This document shows, piece by piece, positions 10,601 to 19,829 of a stretch of DNA of 43,905 nt. The first letter of the stretch is position 1. Each line of letters opens with the position of its first letter. Source of the stretch: Chrysochromulina tobinii (taxonomy: Eukaryota); NCBI GenBank assembly GCA_001275005.1, contig JWZX01003026.1, positions 1 through 43,905 on the forward strand, given 5' to 3'. Both the position numbers and the translations under genes were made by a program. Under the pieces are notes generated by a model. It was not told where the DNA came from. It ran no database searches and was given only the letters and a program-made list of their open reading frames with translations.

Positions 10601-11756
10601 CCGAGCGCACCACGAGCGGCTTGCGCGAGGTCACCAGGCACTCAAAGGTGTGCAGCAGCGGCACGAAGCCCGCCAGTCCCGGTGGGCGCGAGGTCGGCGG
10701 CGCGACGACGCTGCTGATTTCCTGCGAGATGGCCTGCACAGCGGCGGCGCCCGCACCCTTCTTGGGAGGCTTCGCACTCGCGATGGCGGTCGTGATGGCA
10801 GGCTTGGCATTTGCGGTGGCGGTCGTGATGGCAGGCTTGGCACTCGCAATGGTGGTCGTGATGGCAGGCTTATCACTCGCAATGGCGGTCGTGATGGCAG
10901 TCTTGGCACTTGCAGTGCTTGGCTTGGCGGTGGCGCCGATGGTGGTGGCGGCGATGGTGGTGGCGGCGATGGTGGTGCCGGCGGTGGTGGTGGCGGCGGT
11001 GGTGCCGGCGGTCCCGACACCGGGTGCGCCCAGAACATCAGTGCTCATGCCCCTAGGCCGACTTGCTTGCATTCCTCGCTCGGGCCCTGGTTTCGGACTG
11101 CTGGTCATCGATTTGGTCATCGATTTGGCGACCGACGCTTGCTTGCTCGGGGAGGTCTCGGGGAGTCGGGGATTGCTTTTCCCGGCGATGGCCGCTTGCT
11201 CTTCGTATGCGGCGACCGCGGCGGCAGTCTCCGAGTCACAGATCTCGACGAAGACGTCGATCTCTTCGGCGTGCGCCGACCGCCCCTGAGCGTCCCGGAA
11301 CTCGAGCTCGAACATCTCCTCCTTGCGTGCTGTCGCATGCAGGAGTGACTTCCCGCGAAGGACGCAGTGAGGTGCCGAGGCGGTGCGCGTGCTCACGAGG
11401 CATAGGAACGGGCTGTCCGCCAATGGCTCCCCCAACAGAGAGACGCTGATGAGGTACTTGCCCGAAGTTATCGGCTTGAAGCCGACAACATACTGCCCGT
11501 CCTGGTTGTCGATGATTTTGGCACGCACCTTCTCGCCAGCGCCACGGCCACGGATGGCGACCAAGAAGTTGTCGCCGCCATGAGTCTGCCGCTTGCCCGT
11601 CTCATCGTACGCCTCGATGGTGAATGTGGCGAGCTCCCTCGCTATGGCTCCCTCGAGGCAAGCACCCGTCACCTTGCACAGGGCTGGCTTGGTTGGCTGC
11701 CCTCGAAAGAGTGGTGGTGCGTCGGCCTGCGCGAGTTGGATCCCCGATGACGCCAT
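7653..11756 (-). CDS. Filamin/ABP280 Ig-like repeat protein with low-complexity inserts
   Basis: Repeated filamin motifs: IIDNQDGQYVVGF..SGKYLISV..SPF, GTYRLHVAL..GSPF, VVDNNDGTYLL..GVFDAHVSV..GSP, GRYAMHVRL..GSP, VEDHEDGTYDI. Confidence 0.85.
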   Translation of the reverse strand: MASSGIQLAQADAPPLFRGQPTKPALCKVTGACLEGAIARELATFTIEAYDETGKRQTHGGDNFLVAIRGRGAGEKVRAKIIDNQDGQYVVGFKPITSGKYLISVSLLGEPLADSPFLCLVSTRTASAPHCVLRGKSLLHATARKEEMFELEFRDAQGRSAHAEEIDVFVEICDSETAAAVAAYEEQAAIAGKSNPRLPETSPSKQASVAKSMTKSMTSSPKPGPERGMQASRPRGMSTDVLGAPGVGTAGTTAATTTAGTTIAATTIAATTIGATAKPSTASAKTAITTAIASDKPAITTTIASAKPAITTATANAKPAITTAIASAKPPKKGAGAAAVQAISQEISSVVAPPTSRPPGLAGFVPLLHTFECLVTSRKPLVVRSGLELESEKLGQLYPGQRLTLLECVHTVEDGQPAVRASVALADENDGPELDLPGRYDWRDAHVVRPQWLESVPTPRAKSPGRTPRSPGGGTRPVEPPLPLPSHENGSPFRAGTFAPFGHYTATAGPSSSGSSSGRRRSSATPRTPRTPTKPSSAQAIAAASAPPSSSFHASTTFHASTSQPSTTFHASTSQTATDMPKPVPAAPAPRSSPRGRGAATPRQAIGWVTVHKGGRELVTPRGVLPAGERQQHQIMWARRIAVDRRFGGEAMLAMQISKAVGAARLGKLATAVALPTVDTHKRIKSTIDAASYQSVYANELASDPKRIGFAFGGVDPGRLHAHGQIVEVHNVHYSIAMCGTYRLHVALRHEGVQLPGSPFVLKVSAGPASALTTAVLAHMLPMRGVVGNSSESGCRVVLKASDMMGNACEAGGATIVCSGGDKRIESRVVDNNDGTYLLVWRSKVAGVFDAHVSVDGVPILGSPMPLTLTSEPPDLKQSELIGSGLTKAVAGKPADFRIKCKDRFGNAAQPSANLKFEMAMLPPVEGVDKKDRAEKTIIADRWKSAVAHPIEGTWHGAEFEVKYVADVAGDLELHVWCCADDDDKRVALPLSPFEMHCAAGRAHARGSSVEGFTRLDPNAEGRGKGAGLKQQVTAQKRSQMRELRSTYEDSNEILAGEPIVVRPRIRDKLGNNTAAAEGALSVTLTTPEGTELELMPNISIRSGLTNYDVRYEPQLAGRYAMHVRLAGAPIAGSPVDFECIPNLPDIGRSSYELPTDPECPVSNALFSQRKYSILLTVKDRCGNRVDHGGAAVAGRLQSANLPPQQEALLEVEDHEDGTYDISLFLKGACDPKVIISLDKDRQGEGGGEFAPIAMSFVSEEALKTRQAKEAQKLWQLTGAGGALAAGDKPRQHTADEIVEMALDEFQTKGTERAARRGQPGERRITDGSFATPTFSLTSSLEVSEKVGSPKPDTKPKRASLKVVLLA
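7714..7760. repeat. perfect 23-bp inverted repeat with a 1-nt spacer inside the filamin CDS
   Basis: CCGACCTTCTCGCTCACCTCGAG-A-CTCGAGGTGAGCGAGAAGGTCGG; the arms are exact reverse complements. Confidence 0.95.
10765..11010 (-). repeat. coding minisatellites: about 33-nt units (AKPAITTAIAS-like) and 15-nt units (TTIAA/TTAAT-like)
   Basis: GTCGTGATGGCAG recurs with 33-nt period, and GATGGTGGTGGCGGC-like 15-mers are in tandem. Confidence 0.85.
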
Positions 11757-11982
11757 GTGATTCGAAGCTTTCGGCCGAGCCGGTTGTGCCTTCCGCCAGA
11801 ACAGACACTGCCTGTCGTTCGAGACCGGAGCGAGCGCAGTGCTGCAGGCCCAATTTGCTTCAAAATCGAATCAAATGCATGTTGCAGCCCAAATTAGATT
11901 TCAGAGTCCGCAGAGGTGCACACTCCAAATGTGGCAAACCTGCGCATGCAAAAATCGATACGAATCAGTTGCGTAGTCAAGA

Positions 11983-14299
11983 ATGGCAGCACGTCTTCTT
12001 GCGGCCCTGCCTGAGCCTGCTTGGCGTAAGGCAGCCGCAGTGCTCGACGCAGACTTCGCCATAATGTGCCGCAAGCGCAGTCAACGTGAGGCTGAGGATG
12101 CTCGCCGTGCCAGGTGGTATCAGTCCTCCGACTCCTCGCAGAATCCTCATTTGGAGTTGGAGGCGGAAGACTCCGAGCACTTTTGGCACTGTGCGAATAC
12201 CGCCGTGAAATGGGAGGGCACGCGTGCGGCTCAACTCATGATACAGCGTCGATGCGTGCTGCGTTTTAACCCACAGGTCGTTGATGCGCTCCACGCCTTT
12301 TGGGAGACATCCCAGAACAGTGGCGCCACCACTGTACCTACAAGCTGGCCACTCGCAGCGGGCAAGGCTCGGGACTCGGTGCCCCCAACCATGGACCGCA
12401 TTGAGCATGCGCGTTGCTACGGCAAGATCTACATGGTGCTCATCCATGACTGGGACATCGCTATGGCCAAGATGACGCTTGAGGCCGAGTGGGAATATGA
12501 TGCGCAGGGCGCGGAGACTCTGAGCCGTGTCCAGCTCGGTGACGGGCTCTTCGAGGTTGCGGATCTCTGGTGCCACGCGCTCCGTCCGGCTCAAGCCTCC
12601 GCCGGCGTCGGCGTCGCGGCCGCGGAGTATGCCCACTTCCTACTGAATCTGCTCGATCGCATCGCCACAGATTCGTCTCCACGTGTCTGGCTTGAGGGCG
12701 GCGTGATCGCCGCGTCAGTCGTGGAGGCCAATGCCGCCCGGCCGTTGTGGAAGCCGCCCGCGCCCCCCGCGCTGGCAGGCGGAGCCGAGCTGACGCGAGC
12801 GGGCCGCCACATACAAGCCGAGGCCCTTCGTAAACAGGCGGTGCTGTCGGTGCAGGCGGGGATGCGTCGCCGGCACGCCAAGCAGGCGGCCAGCCTAAGG
12901 CTCGCGGCCGTGCGGCTGATTCAACGCCGGTTTCTGATGTGGCTCGAGGCACGGCGCCCCCGGATGGGCGCAACATCACCGCCGCCGCCGCACGGAACAC
13001 CTCGGCGCTTCGACTCACCGGGCACCTTCAGGCGCCGCGAGGACGCTCACGAGGACGCCTTTAGAGATGCGAGCGCCCTAGCGGGCGCCGAGGGGGCGGC
13101 CGTGATCCTCCAAGCAAGGGCACGGGGGGAGCTCGCACGGCGCCAGGCCGAGGAGGCACGCCTCGAACATCACAATGCGAGCGCCAAGCGCTTCCTCTGC
13201 GAGACGGTGTATCACACGTCTCGCGAAGAAGACAGGCTTCATGAGGGTCCCACCGGCGTCGAATCGGGCGAGGACGGTGCCAGCGAGACTCACGCGAAGA
13301 GCCAGGAGCTTTGCAATGAGCTTTGCAATCAGCCCACGGACGTGCTCCTGCACGTGCGTGGGACCTCGATGGCTCAGAATGGAATGTACCCTACGTTCAG
13401 CACGCCGATGGCTCCAGAGGCTCATCCAGAGTACACTGGCATGTCGCCTCTGCGCCGGCCGAGCTACCAACGCGCCCACGGCGGCGCCCACGTCTTGCGC
13501 CCGCCCTGCTCGAGCTCGAATTATTCAGGGCTACCCAGCTCACCGCCGTGCTCGAGCTCGTACTTTGCAGGGTTACCCAGCTCAATCTTGTACCCGGGCT
13601 ACCTTCTAGGGAAGGCGGGGGGGATGGGCGCTGTGCACGGGGCCGCGCGCGCCATAGCTGGTGCATCGGCATCTGAGGTGTCCATGGGAGATGGGTGGTC
13701 GCCACAGCAGCAGGCCATTGAGCAAGCGCTCAGACACCACATGGCCACTGGTGCAGCCACTGCCTCGTCCGCCTCTGCCACTGCCACAGAGCCCTATCAG
13801 CTGATGGGACGCATTGCAGCGGGTTCCAACGTCAAGAGCGTGTCGAGCTTGCCATGCCCCGATGACGTGCCCCGAGTACCTTCGTGGCAACGCTACGCTG
13901 TGAGCACACCTTCCCTACTCGTGGCCGAAGTGAATCCGCATGGCGTGCCACAGCGCTACGATCACGCCGCTGAGCGCCCGGGCTTGACAACGCTACCCCT
14001 GGGGAAGGATGGACTGCATCGTATGGCGTCATCACCCTCTTTTGAGAGCAGGATCCCACTTCGTTCCTACCCCGAGATGATTGCCGACCGTGCCAGGCAG
14101 GCCCCACAGGCTGCGCACCTCTTGGCACGACGTCCGGGCGGGATCGGTAAGCCAGCCGGGGCAGTCTTGTACTTGGACAACCGTCCGGGCTATCAACCCG
14201 CTTTGGCCATACTTGCCCCCTTCCAGCCGCGCGGTATTGGGGCGACAAGGGGCGCTGCCGCCACCGAAGCAGCGAGCAAGCGCGCTGTGCAGAGCACTC

Positions 14300-14343
<44 letters not shown>

Positions 14344-15291
14344 GAAGATGGCAGGTCCACTGCAGTCAGCGCCCCGATGGCCGCTCATGCCCAGCACACG
14401 ATGCACGCGCTGCCCCATTCGCCACCAGCCATGCCCACCACCAGAATTGAAATCTCGCTCATGCCATCCAACCCGCGAATGATATCCCAACGAACTCGAT
14501 CAATGGCACATCGGCCATCGACCGCACCGGCGCACCGGCGCGATGCACGGCCGTCCGAACCTAATAAGGACCTCGGAGTCTGTGCAGACTGTAGCTCGCC
14601 GAGATTTAGCTTCTCAAGCATCGAGGAGCTCCTCAAGGGCCCGGCGAAAGGGAGAGGCGCACGTCCTTTTTCTGCCGCGGCCCGGACCGTCGATGCAGGC
14701 TCATTGCAGCACCAAGCACCTTCAACACTGGTACCAGTGCAGGCGGTGGCCGGTGCCACTCGTGAGCCGTTCTTGGAGCTGCTCAATCAGGGGGGTGAGC
14801 CGCTGCTGACGCGTATGGTGAAGGTCGCTCGTCTGGAGAACGCCATTCCAGTGGAGGAGGGCGCAGCTCATCCTCACGTCGAAGGCGACGCACTCGCCCG
14901 AGCACCTTCACAAGCGCCGCTCTCGTCTCACAGCGCGAGTACTGAGCCTGCGGCATGCCAGGGAGGTGGAGGGAAGGGAGGAGCAACTCTGGGCCGTGTC
15001 ACACCGCTCCCAAGCCCCTGCTTTGCTCCCTGCTTCAAACCGGCTCCCGTCCTGGGCTCTTTACAGGGCTCCTTGCCATCAAAGCAAGTTCATACACCGA
15101 TGGGGTCGCGCGCTGTCTTTGCACCGGCTCCGCGAGCGCCGCAACGAGAGCCGCGGGCTGCAGCGCCCCCCGGCTCGGCAGGGGCGATGGGCGGGGCATC
15201 TGGCTCCTCGGGTTCGAAGATGCTCACCATCATTAGCCTGGAGAGCGAGGCTTCGAAGCGAGCCAAGACTCTTCTAGCAACGATTGGGTAA
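11983..15291 (+). CDS. uncharacterised protein with an EF-hand-like helical N-terminal domain, IQ calmodulin-binding motifs and a long disordered tail
   Basis: 1102-aa ORF with IQ-like motifs VQAGMRRRHAK, IQRRFLMW and LQARARGELARR. The N-terminus looks globular (EWEYDAQG...LFEVADLWC...EYAHFL). Head-to-head with the filamin gene. Confidence 0.7.
13501..13584 (+). repeat. 42-nt tandem duplication in coding sequence (PPCSSSNYSGLPSS / PPCSSSYFAGLPSS)
   Basis: Two adjacent near-identical 42-mers, 13501-13542 and 13543-13584. Confidence 0.85.
14302..14340 (+). repeat. (CAG)13 microsatellite encoding polyQ
   Basis: Read directly from the sequence. Confidence 0.95.
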
Positions 15292-15509
15292 GTTTTGTCG
15301 TGTGTGTACTGGCTACGCTGCGGCAGCCGAGCTGAAACCGCCGGTAAAAACGCGGTACACGCAACAGTCAACACGGCTCTCAAATGTCACATGTGTGCTT
15401 GTGTACTACCTGCTAAGAACCTACGCTAAGAGCCTGCACAGCTGAGCTCGCCTGCACTCGCAGAGCTCGCAACCGTGAGATCGACGCACGACGGTGGGCC
15501 CACAGGGCC

Positions 15510-17760
15510 TCAGGGGCCGCCTTGGGGGGGGTCGGCTTCGCGCTTCGGTCGTGGCGCCGGGCATGGCGCTTGGGCACCGTCCCGGTGACTCGGCTGACGG
15601 CGGGAAGGGTGACGGCCCGAGAAGCGCGTCGAGCATGGCTGGCCTCGGTGCGATGGTGAGTTGGCGGCGGCGCCCTGGTGTTCGCAGAGCAACGAGCTGT
15701 GGCCGCTGGCTATGGAGCGCGTGCGCTGCAGCCGGCGCCGCGTTGGGTACGTATGGGGCAGCGGGCGTGACGCCGTCGAGAAGGAGCCGGCATCGGTATG
15801 GTGGAGTTGAACCACTCGCTCGTGCCAACGTCTTCCGTGGAGCTGCAAAAAGTCCTCTACCGAGAGGTCCGCAAGCTGCTGCATCTCGAGCTCGAGATTG
15901 GACTGCGAAATAGACGACATTCCGCGTGTTGAGATGTCCTTCATCGGGATAGTGCTCATGCGCAATCCTTGAAGAGTGCCACACCGCTGGCCGAAGAAGC
16001 CGCCGCCTCCGCCTCCGCCGCCGCCTCCGCCTCCGCCGCCGCCTCCGCCGCCGTTACCACCACCACCGCCGCCACCGCTTAGGTAGCCACTGACGAGCAA
16101 CTCGTGGCCGCCGCCCGTTGCCGCCGCTGAGGCCGCAGCCGAGAAGGCCGCCGCGGAAACCTGCCCCGCCGAAGCCGGCCGACAGCTGCGCCGACAGCTG
16201 CGCCGACACCCCACGCGCGCTCAGGGCGGCGCTCAGGGCGGCGAGGTTGGAGGCGCAGAGGCCGGCGCCGAGGCCTGCACCGCCCATCCCCATGCCGTTC
16301 AGCACGGCATGCGCGAGACTCCCTAGTTGCGAGAGGTGCTCCAGGGATGAGAGCCCATCCCAACCGCCCAGCCCGGCGCCGCCGAGCAGCCGCGACGACG
16401 CCGACGTGCCTGCGCGCGCCGCCACGCGAGGTTGGAAGGCGCGCGGAGGCAGTGCCACCGTTGCCACCTCCGCCGCCACCTCCGCCGCCGCCTGCTCCGC
16501 CTCGTCCGCCGCCGCTCGCCACCCCTTGCTCTGGTACGCCCGTTGGTGTGCTCGCGGGCGATGGCGCGTGCAGCATTTCCGTTAGTCGCTCCCCCGAATG
16601 GCACCTTGCTTGGGCTGCGGCGGAGCCTTGCTCATTGTGTCGACTTTGATCGGCCGTCTTGCGCTTTGTGTCGACGCGCTTCTCCATGTGCACAGCCTGT
16701 ACTTTTGGAGGTGCGACTTGATGCACAGGCGAGTGGGAGCGTTCTCGCCGTGCAGGTCCATGATCTGGGCGATCGCCTGCGGCTTTGTCTGCTCGTGCCC
16801 AAGCTCGGCCACGGCGGCCTCGAAGCGATAGTGGAGGTGGCGAGCGGCGGCGGGTGACCGGACGAATCGCTGCTTTTGCTGCGGACCGGGCGGGTCATCT
16901 CATAGGCCGCTCAGGCCGCCGCTCAGGCCGCGGCCGAGGCCGTCGCCGAGGCCGCTGCCGACACTTCAAGCCATGGCCCCTCCGCCGCCGCCGCCGCCAC
17001 CGAAGCTGGGGCCGCCGCCCGGGCTTCCGCCGAGGCCGCCGAAGCCACCGAGACCGGCGTTCGTAGGCACGCTGCGCGAATGCATGAGCGCGATGTCGCC
17101 GCCCAGGTCGCCGCCCGGGCCGCCGTCCAGGCCGCCGCCGAAGCCGCTACCCAGACCGCTGCCGAAGCCGCCACCCTTGCCGCCACCGTTGTTGCCGTTG
17201 CCGCCGCCACTGCCGCCACTGCCGCCACCGTTGCCACCGTTGCCGCCGCCGACCACGCCTCCATTGCCGTCCGCACCGCCGGACCCGGCAAGTGATCTGA
17301 CTGGCGAGTCGCTCGTCTGAAGATGGACGAGGCAGCCCGCTGCCAGCCGGAAGGTTGGTGGCGAGGCACCCCGAGAGTCCTCGCGACAATTCTCCCATGA
17401 GGAGACCGCTCGGGTGGGGGGGCGCCGCATTCCGAGCCCGCCGCCGAGCCCGCCGCCGAGCCCGCCGCCGAGCCCACCGCTCAGGCCGCCGGTTAGCGAG
17501 CGACTGAGGCTGCCGCTCAAGCTGCCGCTCAGGCTGCCGAGGAGTGCACTAGAGCCAACAAAGCCATCCGCGCGATCCTGCAGCGAGGGGAGGGAGCGCA
17601 CACGCTCAGTCGCGAATGCGTGGAGCCGTGACAATAATGAGGGTGCACGCGCTTCACCAGCCCTCGAGGATGACACCGTGCGCCAGTGCCGGCTGCGCGC
17701 GCCGAGGGCCGCGAGTGCGACGAGCAGCGAGGTGGCGAGGGCGAGGCATCCGAGCAGTCG
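15510..17760 (-). pseudogene. disrupted GARP/G2-like (SHAQKYF-class) MYB transcription factor with Gly-rich flanks
   Basis: 16876..16693 reads QKQRFVRSPAAARHLHYRFEAAVAELG..KPQAIAQIM...PTRLCIKSHLQKYRL. An in-frame TGA lies just upstream, the frame shifts right after KYRL, and the Gly-rich segments lie in different frames. Ends are approximate. Confidence 0.7.
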
Positions 17761-18042
17761 ATTGGCAACCCGCGCACGGGGATTCTGAAGGGCAAAACGG
17801 TCGGGCCAGGCGCCGGTGCTCTGTGAGAGCTCGACAGGCGACGTGGCGTTCTCGGACGCGCACTAGCCGCGCACTTCTCGCTCGCTTGGGCCCCAGGAAG
17901 ACCCACGAGTGGGGGGCAAGGAGGCGATCCTTCGCCGAGCCAAGTGGTCGGTATGCGTGTTTAGGAGTTTTGAAACCGTTCCGGTTTCCTACGTTGGAAA
18001 GAAGCCGCTAGAAATCGTGTGTTCCCGAACGAAGAAAACTCA

Positions 18043-18927
18043 ATGATGCTCATCGCGTTCCTCGTCAGCACGACCGCCCAGTGGCCGCCAACGCTCACGC
18101 AGATTGGAGCTGTGGGCAACATTCCTACGTGCTTCACTCCTTGCACTGCAGTCCTTACGGCGCAGGCTACGGCTGTTACGATTGGCACCCCCCCCGCCGC
18201 TCAACCCGATCTCACATGCGATCAGCTCAACAAGAATCTGAATAAGTGTGCCGACAAGTGCACCGAAGCAGAATTCAAAACTGGCCTGGCCGCTATCCTC
18301 CCTATTTACATGGACGCGACCGCCTCTAAGACTCAGATGGACAGTCTTATCAATTCCTGCAAAACATGCTTCCCCAGCGATGCGCTCGTCACAATGGTTG
18401 ACGGCACGCCACGCCGCCTCGACGCGCTCCGCGCGGGTGACACCATCGTCGCCGCCCGTGCCGACGGCACCCTCACCAATGACATCGTCTCTCACCTCTC
18501 CCTCGCCGATGCGGACGCGCAGGGCACCACTTTTGTGGTGCTCACGACAGAGTCTGGCCGCAATCTCACGCTGACGGCCATGCACCATTTGCCAGTTGGC
18601 CCGAAGTGCTGCGCCAACCTCAAATTGGCACAGGATGTCGTCGTCGGCGAGACTATCTTTGAGGCGGTCGTGAGCGCAGCCGTGCGTGCCACGCAGGTCA
18701 TTAAGATTGGCTCGGTGATCAAGGCGGGCCTGCACTCGCCGGTGCTTACGCACGGCGCGATGCCGATCGTGGACGGCATTGTGACTTCCTTTGACGCGAT
18801 GCACGCAGTGCGCCTTGCCACCGCCGGGCTGCCCCTGCTCGAGGCGACTGGGCTCACCAACACCTTCCGTGATGCCGTCCTCGGTGATCGCAAGTATATC
18901 CGTTCGCACGACGGGTACATTGCCTAA
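18043..18927 (+). CDS. secreted Hedgehog-type Hint (Hog) autoprocessing protein with a Cys-rich N-terminal domain
   Basis: Hydrophobic signal MMLIAFLVSTTA. Hint motifs: TCFPSDALV..DG..RRLDALRAGD, FVVLTTESGRNLTLTAMHHLPV (TxxH), AQDVVVGETI, GLHSPVLTHGAMPIVDGIVTS. Confidence 0.88.
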   Translation: MMLIAFLVSTTAQWPPTLTQIGAVGNIPTCFTPCTAVLTAQATAVTIGTPPAAQPDLTCDQLNKNLNKCADKCTEAEFKTGLAAILPIYMDATASKTQMDSLINSCKTCFPSDALVTMVDGTPRRLDALRAGDTIVAARADGTLTNDIVSHLSLADADAQGTTFVVLTTESGRNLTLTAMHHLPVGPKCCANLKLAQDVVVGETIFEAVVSAAVRATQVIKIGSVIKAGLHSPVLTHGAMPIVDGIVTSFDAMHAVRLATAGLPLLEATGLTNTFRDAVLGDRKYIRSHDGYIA

Positions 18928-19367
18928 GCAAGTCATGCTGGGTACATGCAGGGTGGCGCCTGCAGGGTGGTGGCAAGAGGCGATATCTCGCACATACACG
19001 ATGGTTCAGCTGCATCGGCTGCATTGGCCTATTCAGAGAGATGAAGGCACCCTGTGTCTGATGAGCCCTTCCTTTTGATCAGATGCGTTCCAGAAGCGAC
19101 AGAAGGAAGTTAAGACGAGATTTGGTGGGGAAGGGAAGGAACTTAGGGTTGGCGTCGCGTCGAGTGTCCCGCATGCTGACCCTTGGCTTTTAAGGTTTGT
19201 ATCATTAATGTATCTGATCAAGGCTACTCACGACAGGGGGGGTTGAGGTGTCACAGACTAGGTGTGTCCACACTCCACAGGAGCTCGGGAGGGGGGGGGG
19301 TAAGGTGTCACCGGGTTTAACGACGGGTGACATCAAAAATTCACCAGGGCATGGCTTGATTTAGGAA

Positions 19368-19525
19368 TAACTCATGAGTTAAGATCACACAGGCACTTGT
19401 ACATGTATGAGTTACTCAACTCAAAGATCACAAAGGACCTTGTAACTCAAAGTCAAACTCAACTAGATCACACAACATCTCGTGACTCATTGCTCATAAC
19501 TCAAGATCCTCTACTCAAGATCTTG
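19368..19525. repeat. AT-rich degenerate tandem array (about 40-43 nt period) with a 14-bp palindrome
   Basis: AGATCACA at 19382, 19425 and 19465, AGATCC at 19504, several ACTCAA motifs, and TAACTCATGAGTTA at 19368-19381. Confidence 0.65.
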
Positions 19526-19829
19526 CGTTCTTGCGGAGTCACGAGCTCCCACCGCCAGACCGCGGGGCTTAGTCTGCCTCCCTCTTCCTTGTCCTTCTCG
19601 CAGACCTGAGACGGGTTTGAGTGACGGGTGGGATCTGGGAAGTACGTGTGAGGATGATGTGCTGCGCTGTCGTGGACCCCCCTATTATGCGTTATTGAAG
19701 CTCTCAGAACGAGCCATGCGCCCGCCGGCTACCAAAAGCACCGCACTCAACCTCTTCCGGCGGTCCGTCCTTGACCGTCGCTTCGAAGCGCCCATAACGG
19801 CGCTCAATCTCGCACGAAAAGCAAAATAC

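Noticed and set aside
18367..18800. Self-splicing intein
   Set aside because: There is no C-terminal HN-C/S/T motif and no host extein; the motifs fit a Hog-type Hint domain.
18040..18999. Long antisense and alternative-frame ORFs (e.g. 18040..18999 -, 34883..35935 -, 42187..43419 -, 36113..36928 +)
   Set aside because: These are shadow ORFs caused by high GC3 on the true coding strand; they have no recognisable motifs.
19368..19525. CRISPR-like periodicity
   Set aside because: The units are degenerate along their whole length, with no identical repeats or unique spacers, no cas genes, and a eukaryotic context.
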